Made by a program: the position numbers and the translations under genes. The notes under the pieces are model-generated. The model saw only the letters and a list, made by a program, of their open reading frames with translations. It did not search any database and was not told where the DNA came from. From positions 1 to 64,000 of IMG/VR virus record IMGVR_UViG_3300036832_000855: a stretch of 64,000 nucleotides of DNA; one strand, written 5' to 3'. This stretch comes from a virus. Of this stretch, positions 35,186 to 44,031 are shown in pieces (positions within the stretch are counted from its first letter, which is position 1; every line of letters begins with the position of its first letter).

Positions 35186-35458
35186 TCAGAACGGGGGCTC
35201 TTCCTCCGCGCGCGTGCGCGTGGTCGTCTCGATGCGGGTGCGGATCGCAGGCCCCCAGTTCCGGACGGGCACGGGGCGCCAGACGCCCTCCGTGTCCCCC
35301 GCCACCTCCTTGGCTGCGTCGAGACGAGACGTGGCGCTGGCGCTGCCACTCTCGACCCACGCCACGACAGCCTCGTCTGTAGCCGGATCCTTCAGCTCGC
35401 GCTGAGCAAGCACCGTGTACTCGGTCGCCGCTGACACTCGTTCCTTGGCCGTGGCCAT
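35186..35458 (-). CDS. hypothetical protein
   Basis: Variant RBS motif at 35466-35479. Confidence 0.65.
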   Translation of the reverse strand: MATAKERVSAATEYTVLAQRELKDPATDEAVVAWVESGSASATSRLDAAKEVAGDTEGVWRPVPVRNWGPAIRTRIETTTRTRAEEEPPF

Positions 35459-35493
35459 GTCCAGCCTCCTCGGGTCGGGTTGTACCGGGAAGA

Positions 35494-35712
35494 CTACGCG
35501 TCCTCGCGGACGGCGTGGTCCTGCCGGTTGGGCTGCGCCAGTGACGGCCGGTACGTCGGCTTGCGCCGGGGTGGCGCCTCTGGCGGCGGGCCCCAGTACT
35601 CGCGCTCCTCCGGTGTCATCTGGCGGATCGTGAGCAGCCCCTCTTCCTGCTGGCGGCGGATCCGCTCCAGCGCGGCCTCGTGCGCCAGCCTGGCGCGCTC
35701 CGCGCGATGCAT
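35494..35712 (-). CDS. hypothetical protein
   Basis: 72-aa ORF. Confidence 0.5.
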   Translation of the reverse strand: MHRAERARLAHEAALERIRRQQEEGLLTIRQMTPEEREYWGPPPEAPPRRKPTYRPSLAQPNRQDHAVREDA

Positions 35713-35715
35713 AGG

Positions 35716-36051
35716 TCAGCTCGCCGTTGTCGCCTTCTTGCGCCGCCGCTTCTTGGGCGGGGGCGGCTCCGGTTCGCGACTGCGGCGCCGGTTGCGCTCG
35801 ACCCAGGTGCCCATCCTCTCGATGTCCCTGCGGTACCACACCGGCGTGGCCTGCAAATGTGCCGCCGTCGGCGGCATCAGGCCGCGTTTGATCCAGCGCC
35901 CGATGCGCGGCCGCTCGACGCCCAGCAGCTTCGCGACCTCGGCCGTTCCGACGATGTCGAGTTGCCTGACCGCACGCGGCTGCCTGGGTGGACCGATCGG
36001 TGGCTCAGCCCCGTTTTCCTTGCTCATCCCGCTCCCCTTCGTGGTCGTCAT
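35716..36051 (-). CDS. MerR/AlpA-like HTH DNA-binding protein
   Basis: DIVGTAEVAKLLGVERPRIGRW..P...L.ATPVWYRRDIE; promoter at 36062-36082. Confidence 0.8.
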   Translation of the reverse strand: MTTTKGSGMSKENGAEPPIGPPRQPRAVRQLDIVGTAEVAKLLGVERPRIGRWIKRGLMPPTAAHLQATPVWYRRDIERMGTWVERNRRRSREPEPPPPKKRRRKKATTAS

Positions 36052-36081
36052 TATTCCCTCCAGGGTAGCACACGAAGTGCG

Positions 36082-36366
36082 TTATCGGTCGAGCCGTCGG
36101 CGGATTGCATCGAGCGTCGGGCACACCCACCTACCGGCGGTGCAGCCCGCGCCCATGGCGGCGATCTCAGCACGCGTCGTGCGCACCGTGATTCCGCACC
36201 GGCAGTCGCGCGCGCGGGGCGAGGCCAGCTCCTCGCGAATGATCGTCGCGAGCTTCGAGCTGGCTTCCTTCTGGCGCTTGCGCTCCGCTTCCCGCCGGGC
36301 GCGTTCGAGCTGGCGGTGGCGGGCGCGCGCGGCTTGCTCCTCCGCGCGCGGATCCGCCGCCATCAT
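36082..36366 (-). CDS. hypothetical protein
   Basis: Coupled ORF. Confidence 0.5.
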   Translation of the reverse strand: MMAADPRAEEQAARARHRQLERARREAERKRQKEASSKLATIIREELASPRARDCRCGITVRTTRAEIAAMGAGCTAGRWVCPTLDAIRRRLDR

Positions 36367-36854
36367 GCGGATGCTTCGATCGCCTCGCGAACAGCAACCG
36401 CGAGGTCGAACGTCCACTCCTCTTCGAGTGCCCGCTGCCGGTTGCTCAGCTCCGAGATCTCTCGGCGTAACTGCACCAGCTCGCCGCGGGCCTCCTCCGT
36501 CATGTCGCCGCGGTAAACGGCCGATGCCCGGTATCCGGACGACGGGAGCTGCTCGGTGTCGCCGTCGAAGACCGCGAGCACGTTGCCGGTGCCCGCGTGG
36601 AACCCGGTCGCGGTGCCCCGCTCGAACGACGTGAAGCGGTCCGTCAGCCGGTAGAACGGCACGTTGGTCTTCACCTTGCGCTGCCGGACTTGCGGCTTCG
36701 CCCGCTCGATGGCCTCGCTGAACGTGCCGCTGTTCGCGAGCGCTCGCGCGTCCTCGTCTTCAGCATGCCCGCGCAGGAACACCTCGAAGGTGCCGCCGGT
36801 GCTCACATGGACCTCACACGGCACGGTGAGGATTTCGACTTCTGTCAGTTTCAC
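36363..36854 (-). CDS. hypothetical protein
   Basis: GACCGAGGAG RBS at 36862-36871 and promoter at 36890-36910. Confidence 0.7.
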   Translation of the reverse strand: MKLTEVEILTVPCEVHVSTGGTFEVFLRGHAEDEDARALANSGTFSEAIERAKPQVRQRKVKTNVPFYRLTDRFTSFERGTATGFHAGTGNVLAVFDGDTEQLPSSGYRASAVYRGDMTEEARGELVQLRREISELSNRQRALEEEWTFDLAVAVREAIEASA

Positions 36855-36861
36855 TGCTGTA

Positions 36862-36969
36862 CTCCTCGGTCTAGGGGTTGCCGCGAGCGATGATAGCACA
36901 CACGGTGCACACGATGTGTGCTACAATGTAAGTGCGCCCGGAGAAGGCGCGCTCCCCCCGACCGAGGAG
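36862..36969. promoter_or_regulatory. Divergent promoter pair with RBS motifs and a plus-strand 5' hairpin
   Basis: GCACACGATGTGTGC-TACAAT (36907-36927), AGTGCGCC-cggagaa-GGCGCGCT, CCGACCGAGGAG (36958-36969). Confidence 0.8.
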
Positions 36970-36977
36970 GTACTGAA

Positions 36978-37637
36978 GTGGAAGTCATCCGGAGAACCAA
37001 CCCGGGTGCCTATCGTCAACCCCGCTGGCACTACGCTGCCGACGCAGAGTCTACACGCACGATGTGCGGTAAGGACGTCGCCGAGATCAAGGGCGATCGT
37101 CGAGGCTCGTGGAACCGGCCGCGGATCGAGCGCAAGGACGAGGCGGACCGCGGCTACAGCGGGATCTGCGCCGTCTGCACGCGCAAGGCGCACGGCGGCG
37201 GCGGCTCGGTGAAGCTCACCGTGGCCGACATGAAGGCGCTCGTCGCACGCGCGGCTGAGGCTGGCGAGAAGGCATACCGGGACGCGATCCCGACCCCGAT
37301 GGTGGTCTACACCCCGAAGAACATGATGGCCTCCCTGATGGGCGGCGATGATGGCGGGGCCGACCCCAACGAGCCGGTGTACAACGTCCCCGAGGGCGTG
37401 TGCGGCACGGCCTGGGTCAACATCAAGCCCGGCGGCTCACGGTTCGCCCGGTTCATCCTGAAGGAAGGGCTGGGCCGGTCCGACAGTTACCGAGGTGGGG
37501 TGAACCTCTCGCCCGCGAAAATCTGCGGCGACAGAGGCTCACAGTCACTCACCCGCTGGGAAGCAGCGGCCCACGCGATCGCGGATGTGCTCCGCGACGG
37601 CGGGATCACCGCCTACAGCGAGTCGTGGATGACATGA
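36978..37637 (+). CDS. conserved phage hypothetical protein
   Basis: GTG after the RBS motif; GVCGTAWVNIKP motif. Confidence 0.7.
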   Translation: MEVIRRTNPGAYRQPRWHYAADAESTRTMCGKDVAEIKGDRRGSWNRPRIERKDEADRGYSGICAVCTRKAHGGGGSVKLTVADMKALVARAAEAGEKAYRDAIPTPMVVYTPKNMMASLMGGDDGGADPNEPVYNVPEGVCGTAWVNIKPGGSRFARFILKEGLGRSDSYRGGVNLSPAKICGDRGSQSLTRWEAAAHAIADVLRDGGITAYSESWMT

Positions 37638-37843
37638 CCGTGACCAGACGGCGCCAACCACGTAAGCGGATCGTGGGCGAGCACTTCCGAGAGGACGGCT
37701 CGCCCAAGCGCCGCTTCGCCACCGAGCGCGAGGCTCGTGAGTACGTCGAGACCTTCGGCTACCACTGCTCGGTCTACCCGTGTTCGTTCGCGGGCTGCAA
37801 CGGCTACCACCTCGGCACGCGCCGGGGACCGAGGCTGTTCTGA
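37634..37843 (+). CDS. small Zn-binding protein
   Basis: KRRFATEREA...Y.C...C.GYHL. Confidence 0.65.
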   Translation: MTVTRRRQPRKRIVGEHFREDGSPKRRFATEREAREYVETFGYHCSVYPCSFAGCNGYHLGTRRGPRLF

Positions 37844-38151
37844 TGAACCGCAACTACTCGCTGATCAAGGTCAGCCAAGGCGACTACCTGCTGCCGTCGA
37901 ACGACGGCCAGACGCTCTGGCGGATCCGCCGCTACCAGGACGGCCCCTCGTACGGGCTGGAGGAGTGGCCCGCCGACCGCGACTTCTGGGGCGCGTGGAA
38001 GTACACCGGGCGCATCCGCTGGCGCGGCGGACTCGATACCGAGGCGTATGAAGACCTCATCTACTCGGACGCCTGGGATGGGCCGGTGGACTGGCAGTCC
38101 ACGACGCGCGCCGAGGCGATCGCCGCGGCGCTGAGGGGGGGAGCCCGATGA
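37843..38151 (+). CDS. hypothetical protein
   Basis: Coupled start (TGATG). Confidence 0.65.
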   Translation: MNRNYSLIKVSQGDYLLPSNDGQTLWRIRRYQDGPSYGLEEWPADRDFWGAWKYTGRIRWRGGLDTEAYEDLIYSDAWDGPVDWQSTTRAEAIAAALRGGAR

Positions 38152-38795
38152 CCAGGCGAACCTGGGTCTGTCCCAACCCGAACCACAAGGGCGTTCTCGC
38201 CCCGGGGCGCATGCGTGCGGACGACGTCCGGCGCTACTGCTGGCCGTGCTCGCTTGAGGCCGGACGCCTCGTCCAGCGCCACGCCCCGGCGCTTGAGCGC
38301 AAGCGCGAGCAGGCCAAGACCGCGCGAGCTGCACGAGCCACGCGCGAGCGCGAGCGCGCCCGTGAGACGAAGACGGCGCGCGAGACCATCGACGGCGTCA
38401 ACGTCGGCAAGGAGATCGCGCGGCTGATCAAGCTGCCCGCTCTGCGCGACGAGCTACCGTCCTACCTGCGCGGGCGCAAAGTCGACTGGACCCTGCACCG
38501 CACCAGCAACGGGCGCTACAGCGGGCGCGCGTGGCCTCGCGACAGGATCCACCTGAGCCTCGGCAGCGTCAGCGCCGCGGAGGTCAAGGCGATCCTCTGC
38601 CACGAGCTGGCGCACTACGTGCTGCCCGGTGGCACCAACCACGACGGGCGCTGGGAGCGCTGCTACGCGCGGGCGGTCCGAGAGGCCTACGGCGTCGACG
38701 TCCAGGCGCGGCCCGGCGAGAGCAAGTACGCGCTCGACCGGCGCGTAATCCAGGCGCTCGGCGGCACCGGCGAGCATCGGATCGAGGACGAGTGA
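38148..38795 (+). CDS. SprT/zincin-like metalloprotease-domain protein
   Basis: ILCHELAH...HDGRW. Confidence 0.75.
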   Translation: MTRRTWVCPNPNHKGVLAPGRMRADDVRRYCWPCSLEAGRLVQRHAPALERKREQAKTARAARATRERERARETKTARETIDGVNVGKEIARLIKLPALRDELPSYLRGRKVDWTLHRTSNGRYSGRAWPRDRIHLSLGSVSAAEVKAILCHELAHYVLPGGTNHDGRWERCYARAVREAYGVDVQARPGESKYALDRRVIQALGGTGEHRIEDE

Positions 38796-39067
38796 TGGCC
38801 AGCCGCGAACAAATCAAGGTGCAGATGCCGATCCGCTGGAAGAGGCTGGCGACCAAGTCCCGGCGCCGAGTCGACGCGCTGCTGCACACGATCACGATCG
38901 CGCAGCTCGGCGCCGACCTCGACGTCAGGGCGCTGCGCAACGTCCTGATCGCGGAGCTGGAGAGCTGCCTGTACCACGAGGCGCGCGCCAGCGGCGACGA
39001 GCACCAGGCCGCGCTGCGCAAGAGCCGCGAGGGACGCGAGCAGGTCGACGCGCTCGCGGGCTGGTGA
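38795..39067 (+). CDS. hypothetical protein
   Basis: Coupled start (TGATG). Confidence 0.6.
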   Translation: MASREQIKVQMPIRWKRLATKSRRRVDALLHTITIAQLGADLDVRALRNVLIAELESCLYHEARASGDEHQAALRKSREGREQVDALAGW

Positions 39068-39261
39068 TGCGTCGCTCTGTCGCGGTCGCCGCGATGCTCG
39101 CGGCCGTGGCCCTGCCCGGCGCGGGCAAGACCAAGGTCAAGCCCCGAGGCCGATCCGACGCGCCCGATCAGACGCTGGCGCTCGGCAGCCTGGCCGACGC
39201 GATCGAGGAGCTGCTCGCGGACGTCGTCGGTGACCGGACGTGGAACCGGCGCCTAAGATGA
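39064..39261 (+). CDS. hypothetical protein
   Basis: Coupled ORF. Confidence 0.5.
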   Translation: MMRRSVAVAAMLAAVALPGAGKTKVKPRGRSDAPDQTLALGSLADAIEELLADVVGDRTWNRRLR

Positions 39262-39644
39262 TCGACGAGCCCTGGTGGACGTGGTGGAACAAGGGCCAGC
39301 AGCGGTGGAGCGCACGCCTCGGGCGCTGGGTAATCGCGGGCCGTGGCCCGTATGACGGCCTGTACTGGGACGAGACCGGCGCGGAGATCACGTTCCCTGC
39401 CCTGCTCGACCTGCACTGGTTCAAGCGAGAGGTCGCGCCGGGCATCGTTCGCTGCCCGGTAATCGCGTGCATGGCATCCCAGCCTCGCCGGTACCCGCGA
39501 CCTCGCTCGGCGAGCGACCGAGCCCGGTACGCCGCCAGGCGGCGCGACGAAGGCTTGACCTACCGGGAGATCGCAGAGGAGATGGGCGTGACGAGGGAGC
39601 GAGTTCGCCAGCTCGTGATTGCCCGGGAGCTTGTGTGGCGATGA
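39258..39644 (+). CDS. protein with C-terminal sigma70 region-4-like HTH
   Basis: GLTYREIAEEMGVTRERVRQL. Confidence 0.7.
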   Translation: MIDEPWWTWWNKGQQRWSARLGRWVIAGRGPYDGLYWDETGAEITFPALLDLHWFKREVAPGIVRCPVIACMASQPRRYPRPRSASDRARYAARRRDEGLTYREIAEEMGVTRERVRQLVIARELVWR

Positions 39645-39652
39645 ACCGGGGT

Positions 39653-39685
39653 GACTGGCGCCGGGCGTGGCGACCGGCGCCAGTC
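39653..39685. terminator. Hairpin between convergent genes
   Basis: 12-bp GACTGGCGCCGG/CCGGCGCCAGTC stem. Confidence 0.55.
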
Positions 39686-39704
39686 GTCTCCTCGGTACGA
39701 ACTT

Positions 39705-40229
39705 TCAGGCGACGGCTAGCTCCAGGTCGAGCTGGCCGTCTGCCGGTAGCGCGGACACTACCCACACCCGGATCTCCGCGCGCGCGGGCTCGCCGTAGCG
39801 CTTCTCGGCGCGGACGGTCGTGACCTGGCCGTCGTCGGCGTAGAGCACGCCAGTGAGCGCATCGAGCACGGCCCGCAGGTACTTATCGACGTCGGGCCGG
39901 ACGGCCGGGTGCGTCGGCGCCGACGCCTTGAGCAGGTGCGCGTTGCGGCCGGTGCCGAAGTGCCCGACGCCGCGCGGCTGGTAGAAGATCACCTCAACGC
40001 CGACGGGCTCGCCGCGGGCGATCCGGCCACCGGCCTGCTCGCGGGCCTCCAGCGCGCAGGTCGCGACGGCGTTCTCCCAGGTGCGGCCGCGGGCACCGGC
40101 GGCGTTGCGGGTCACGATCACCGGGTTGCCGTTCTTGCGCAGGACGAGCGAGCGGTCCTTGTGCTTCGCAGCGAACGACGTCGTCGAACCCTTCGTGACC
40201 GGCCTGCCAATGACCGTGAACTGGATCAC
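39705..40229 (-). CDS. rusA: RusA-family Holliday junction resolvase
   Basis: FTVIGRPVTKGS...PDVDKYLRAVLDALTGVLYADDGQV. Confidence 0.9.
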   Translation of the reverse strand: MIQFTVIGRPVTKGSTTSFAAKHKDRSLVLRKNGNPVIVTRNAAGARGRTWENAVATCALEAREQAGGRIARGEPVGVEVIFYQPRGVGHFGTGRNAHLLKASAPTHPAVRPDVDKYLRAVLDALTGVLYADDGQVTTVRAEKRYGEPARAEIRVWVVSALPADGQLDLELAVA

Positions 40230-40272
40230 ACCGTGAGTCTACGACCGGCCCCGGCGTACCGGGGCCAGTCGC

Positions 40273-41277
40273 TCAGCCCGCCAGTCGGTCCCTCGCGCGC
40301 CGAGCGTTCAGCCTCTCGATCGCGCGCGCCGCGTTCGCCTTCTCGTTCGGTGGCGCCGCCGGATCGGCCATGAGCCGCTCGCAGTCGACAATCTTCCGCT
40401 GGATCCCGAGATCGTCCATGTGCGCCATCGTGGTCGCCAGAGACGTCTCTGTCCACTTGTCCAGGATGTTGAGGTAGTCGAAGATCCGCACCGTGGTGCT
40501 CTGCGTCGTCTCCGACCAGTCCAGGTCCGGCAGGTCGTAGGACTCCAGCACCCGCACCGCCTCCATGATCGGGATCATCACGTCGTGGTACAGGTCCGTA
40601 TCCCCAGCCTTGCGCTTCGTGTACAGCTCGCGCAGCGGCTTGCCCGACTCCTTCTTCTGCTTCTTGGGCCGCAGCGGCGCCTCGACGCCGTGTACCCGTT
40701 CGACGGCTTCGATCGCGGTGCAGACCTCTCCGTAGCTGCCGTTGCTCAGTGTCTTGCCCGACAGACCCGCCTCCTCGACGGCTGCGGTGGGCCATTCGTC
40801 GGATTGCGCCTTCGATGTGGCAACGATCCTCTCCCGGTCCCACCCTCGCCGCGCCCGGTCACGAACCCACTCCTGTACCGCGGGCACGCGGGACAGTGAA
40901 GGCTTGCCCTCGGTGAACGTCGGCTCGGTCGGCTTCCTGGTCTTGGCCCTCTTCTTGGGCGCGGTCTTCGGCCTGTCCGCGCGCTTGGCCTTCTGGTAGG
41001 CCGTGTTCCATGCCGGACGATCGGCGTTATTACCTAGGTAATAACGCCATGCTTTCGCGCAAAAGACAACGTGAGGCTGGCCGTACGGCTTGCCGGTCCG
41101 CGTGTTGATCCACCCGGCCGCTACTTCCACCTGCGTCATCCCGCCGTCGAGTAGCCGAACGACTTCCTCCGCCTGCGCCCAGCGAGCGTCATCGGCGGAT
41201 CCCTCGGCCGCGGCGATCTCCTGCTCCAGCCTGTTCAGTTTCGCGGTCGCCTCGACCGCGCGTGTTTCCTCGTGCAT
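40273..41277 (-). CDS. hypothetical DNA-binding protein (HTH-like N-terminus)
   Basis: GMTQVEVAAGW...YGQPHV; AAGGAG RBS; contains a 26-bp palindrome. Confidence 0.65.
   Translation of the reverse strand: MHEETRAVEATAKLNRLEQEIAAAEGSADDARWAQAEEVVRLLDGGMTQVEVAAGWINTRTGKPYGQPHVVFCAKAWRYYLGNNADRPAWNTAYQKAKRADRPKTAPKKRAKTRKPTEPTFTEGKPSLSRVPAVQEWVRDRARRGWDRERIVATSKAQSDEWPTAAVEEAGLSGKTLSNGSYGEVCTAIEAVERVHGVEAPLRPKKQKKESGKPLRELYTKRKAGDTDLYHDVMIPIMEAVRVLESYDLPDLDWSETTQSTTVRIFDYLNILDKWTETSLATTMAHMDDLGIQRKIVDCERLMADPAAPPNEKANAARAIERLNARRARDRLAG
41023..41048. repeat. Perfect 26-bp palindrome GGCGTTATTACCTAGGTAATAACGCC
   Basis: Read directly; AT-rich in a GC-rich genome. Confidence 0.95.
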
Positions 41278-41300
41278 GTCTTCTCCTTATAGGACGAGCA

Positions 41301-41328
41301 GGGGCGAGCGCCCTAAGGCGCCCGCCCC
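41301..41328 (-). other. Intergenic hairpin
   Basis: GGGGCGGGCGCC-TTAG-GGCGCTCGCCCC. Confidence 0.55.
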
Positions 41329-41337
41329 GTAATGCTC

Positions 41338-42084
41338 CTACTCGTCGCCGCCCTCGTCGGCGTCGCTGCCGCTGCCGTTTTCCTTCCCGGCCTCGATCGA
41401 GCGCTTGATCCTGTCGGTCCCAGCCTTCAGCCCGTCCTGGGCCTCGTTCTTGAACTCGTTGAGGAACGCAGTGCCGTGCTCGGGCACGCGGCCGACGGCC
41501 AGCTCCATCATGACCGAGTGCTTGGTCATCGCGGCCTTGATCTTCTTCCGCTGAGGTGCGGAGAAGTCCTCCAACAGTGACCGCTTGTTCCGGGTCACGT
41601 AGATCCCGGCCTCCTTGCGGGACACCTGTCGACGGCAAAGGATCCCCTCGCCGTTGAGTTGCGCCTGGACCGGGCCGTCCGGATCCATGTTGGTGAGGCG
41701 CCAGATATCCCCATCGAGGATGTCGTAGACGAGCCTCGCCACCGGCGGATCCGCCGTCTCGGCTGCTGCGGCCTTGCTGAGACCGAACAAGTCCCGGACC
41801 ATCGCTGAGCGGGTCCAGTACACCTTGTCGCGGTCTCCCGGGGTCACGACGACGCAGTTCTCCACGACGCCCGTGTAGATGCGAACCGCAAGCCCGTCGC
41901 GGTCCGGCTCCCCGTTGTCCAGGAGAAGCCCCTGATTGGCGTACGCCAGCAGGGCCTCCTTCTGGGCCAGCCCGTACAGCTCCTCCGCCGAGCGGAGATC
42001 GGGCTGGTCTTGAGACTCGTCCTGAGCCTCGCCCTCGGGCTCCTCCGGAGCCCCCTGTTGTGAGTCCATTTGGACCCCTTTCAC
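41338..42084 (-). CDS. hypothetical protein
   Basis: 248-aa ORF divergent from the XRE gene; start could be 42069. Confidence 0.7.
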   Translation of the reverse strand: MKGVQMDSQQGAPEEPEGEAQDESQDQPDLRSAEELYGLAQKEALLAYANQGLLLDNGEPDRDGLAVRIYTGVVENCVVVTPGDRDKVYWTRSAMVRDLFGLSKAAAAETADPPVARLVYDILDGDIWRLTNMDPDGPVQAQLNGEGILCRRQVSRKEAGIYVTRNKRSLLEDFSAPQRKKIKAAMTKHSVMMELAVGRVPEHGTAFLNEFKNEAQDGLKAGTDRIKRSIEAGKENGSGSDADEGGDE

Positions 42085-42214
42085 CTAAGGCCTGCGGGAG
42101 GCGCCCTCGCATTTGAGGGCGGCCCCCGGCGGCGTTTCGACACATCGTAGCGCATCGTGTCAAGCCCTGCCGCCGCCATAGCGCCTCAAGGCCACCGCGG
42201 GTATCCTACCGGCA

Positions 42215-42469
42215 ATGAGCGCAGTGTCCGGTCGCCCCAACGCCGACCTTCTCCAAGCGAGGGTCGCCGCCAACATCCGCCTCGCGCGAGATCGTCTCAA
42301 GCTGAGCCAGCGCCAGTTCGCGCGCTTGCTCGACATCGACCCGATCCAGGTCAGCCGGTGGGAGCGCGGACTCAACACCCCGAACACGGCCAACATCATC
42401 GCGATCGCCGCTGCGGTCGACGTCGACCCGGCCTGGTTCTACGCCGAGCACGACACCGACGTCACCTAG
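42215..42469 (+). CDS. XRE-family HTH regulator (cI/Cro-like), leaderless
   Basis: NIRLARDRLKLSQRQFARLLDIDPIQVSRWERGLNTP; TATCCT 7 nt before ATG. Confidence 0.9.
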   Translation: MSAVSGRPNADLLQARVAANIRLARDRLKLSQRQFARLLDIDPIQVSRWERGLNTPNTANIIAIAAAVDVDPAWFYAEHDTDVT

Positions 42470-42515
42470 CGCACAACGCGTGCTATCCTCAGTCGAAATC
42501 GACCGAGGAGTACCG

Positions 42516-42800
42516 ATGGATAAGCAGTCACCGCGCCAGCGCAACCACCGCCTGGTCACCCACAACGTCCCGCTGACCTGGCAGGGGCCAGGCGACGTCC
42601 ACGACACCATGGAGCGCGACATCTGGCGCGAGCTGGGCAAGGCGATCATCGACGTAGACGAACAGCTTGCGGAGCTGGCCGGATGGCACAGCACCGAGGT
42701 GAGCCGACTCATCCGGAAGGTGAACCGGCTGCGCGAGATGGCCGACAAGGCGTACGAGTGGCACGCGGGAAGGCCCGTACCGACCAAGGAGGCGTCGTGA
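42516..42800 (+). CDS. hypothetical protein
   Basis: Promoter 42469-42489 and CGACCGAGGAG 42500-42510. Confidence 0.7.
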   Translation: MDKQSPRQRNHRLVTHNVPLTWQGPGDVHDTMERDIWRELGKAIIDVDEQLAELAGWHSTEVSRLIRKVNRLREMADKAYEWHAGRPVPTKEAS

Positions 42801-42994
42801 CCGTCAACGCATCGAGCAGCCATGGCGACCGCTGGGTCGAAGTCGAGACTGAGGACCAGTGGGTGTATCTCCGGATCTACAAGAACGCAGATGACCGCGA
42901 ATACGAGCTGATCTTCGATACGACGCAGGCGCTCGCCCTGAGTGCCGAGCTGGACCTGGTGATCGCGGCGGCCGCGCCCGAGGAGCACCAATGA
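42797..42994 (+). CDS. hypothetical protein
   Basis: GTGA coupling with AAGGAGG. Confidence 0.65.
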   Translation: MTVNASSSHGDRWVEVETEDQWVYLRIYKNADDREYELIFDTTQALALSAELDLVIAAAAPEEHQ

Positions 42995-44031
42995 CGAGCA
43001 GGCTCACGTCGTACAGCAGCGACAACGGGATGCGGAAGGCTGCGCGCGAGCGCGGCCTGGGCGTCAAGAAGGAGCGCGACTCGCAGTACCAGGCCGGGGC
43101 GTGGGACGTCCGCCACGTGTGCAGCAGAGAGCGCCTGCTGCGCGGATCACGCGACGAAGCGGCAGCGTTCATCGCCGCCTACGACCCGGGCAAGGAGCGC
43201 CTCGGGATCATCGGGGCGATCCCGAAGCTCGTGGTCTTCGCCCCAATGGTCGACTGGCCCGGCGTACGCGACGAGGACAGCGGATTCGAGTACGCCTGGG
43301 AGAACCTGGAACGCGTACAGAAGCTGCTCGCCGACTTCGAGCCGGGATCGCACTGGGTGCGTCCCGAAGCACCACCAGAGCCAGGGCTCGGAGAGGCGCT
43401 CCTCGGGTGGCGCGGCGGGGTCCTGGAGACGATCAACATGCGCCGCGACCTCACGAACCTATACCTGACCGACCTCTCGCCGCTCAAGGCGATCGAAGAC
43501 GAGGGCGAGCGACGTCGCGCGGCCACGGAAGCCGGGCGCCTGCGAGCGCTCATCGACTACGTGCTGGAGCGCCGGGCAACCTGGCCCGAGATCGCCGCCG
43601 AGGAGAAGGCGATCCTGCTCGAAGCCGAAGCGATCGCCTCGATGCGCTCAGACCACGGCCGCCACGGCGACGCCGCCGAGAACCGCGTCTTCCGGCTCAC
43701 CAAGGCCGACGAGCGCGAGGTCAAGCTGAACGAGCGCCGAGCCGCGCTCGACAAGCGGCTCGGGATCGACACGGTGCGCCGCTACTGGTGGCCGCCGATC
43801 CGCGAAGCGCGCGAAGGCATCGAGAAGCTGCAAGCCGAGATCGTCGCCGGTCACCACGTCGAGAACCTCCCCCGGATCCACGAGCGCCTCGAAGAGCTGG
43901 CGAAGCTGATCTCGTACACCGACCGGCTCGCGCAATCCGCCGACCTGCGCGAACGCGCACGCAAGATCCGCCAGTCCAAGGGCGACAAGCAAGGACTCGC
44001 CGAACCCCAATCCGCAGAGGAACAGTCATGA
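42991..44031 (+). CDS. hypothetical protein
   Basis: 346-aa helical ORF, coupled. Confidence 0.75.
   Translation: MTSRLTSYSSDNGMRKAARERGLGVKKERDSQYQAGAWDVRHVCSRERLLRGSRDEAAAFIAAYDPGKERLGIIGAIPKLVVFAPMVDWPGVRDEDSGFEYAWENLERVQKLLADFEPGSHWVRPEAPPEPGLGEALLGWRGGVLETINMRRDLTNLYLTDLSPLKAIEDEGERRRAATEAGRLRALIDYVLERRATWPEIAAEEKAILLEAEAIASMRSDHGRHGDAAENRVFRLTKADEREVKLNERRAALDKRLGIDTVRRYWWPPIREAREGIEKLQAEIVAGHHVENLPRIHERLEELAKLISYTDRLAQSADLRERARKIRQSKGDKQGLAEPQSAEEQS

Noticed and set aside
39688-39696. Partial RBS motif ACCGAGGAG after the rusA stop
   Set aside because: Only 9 of 12 bases match and no start codon follows at SD spacing; not counted as a regulon member.
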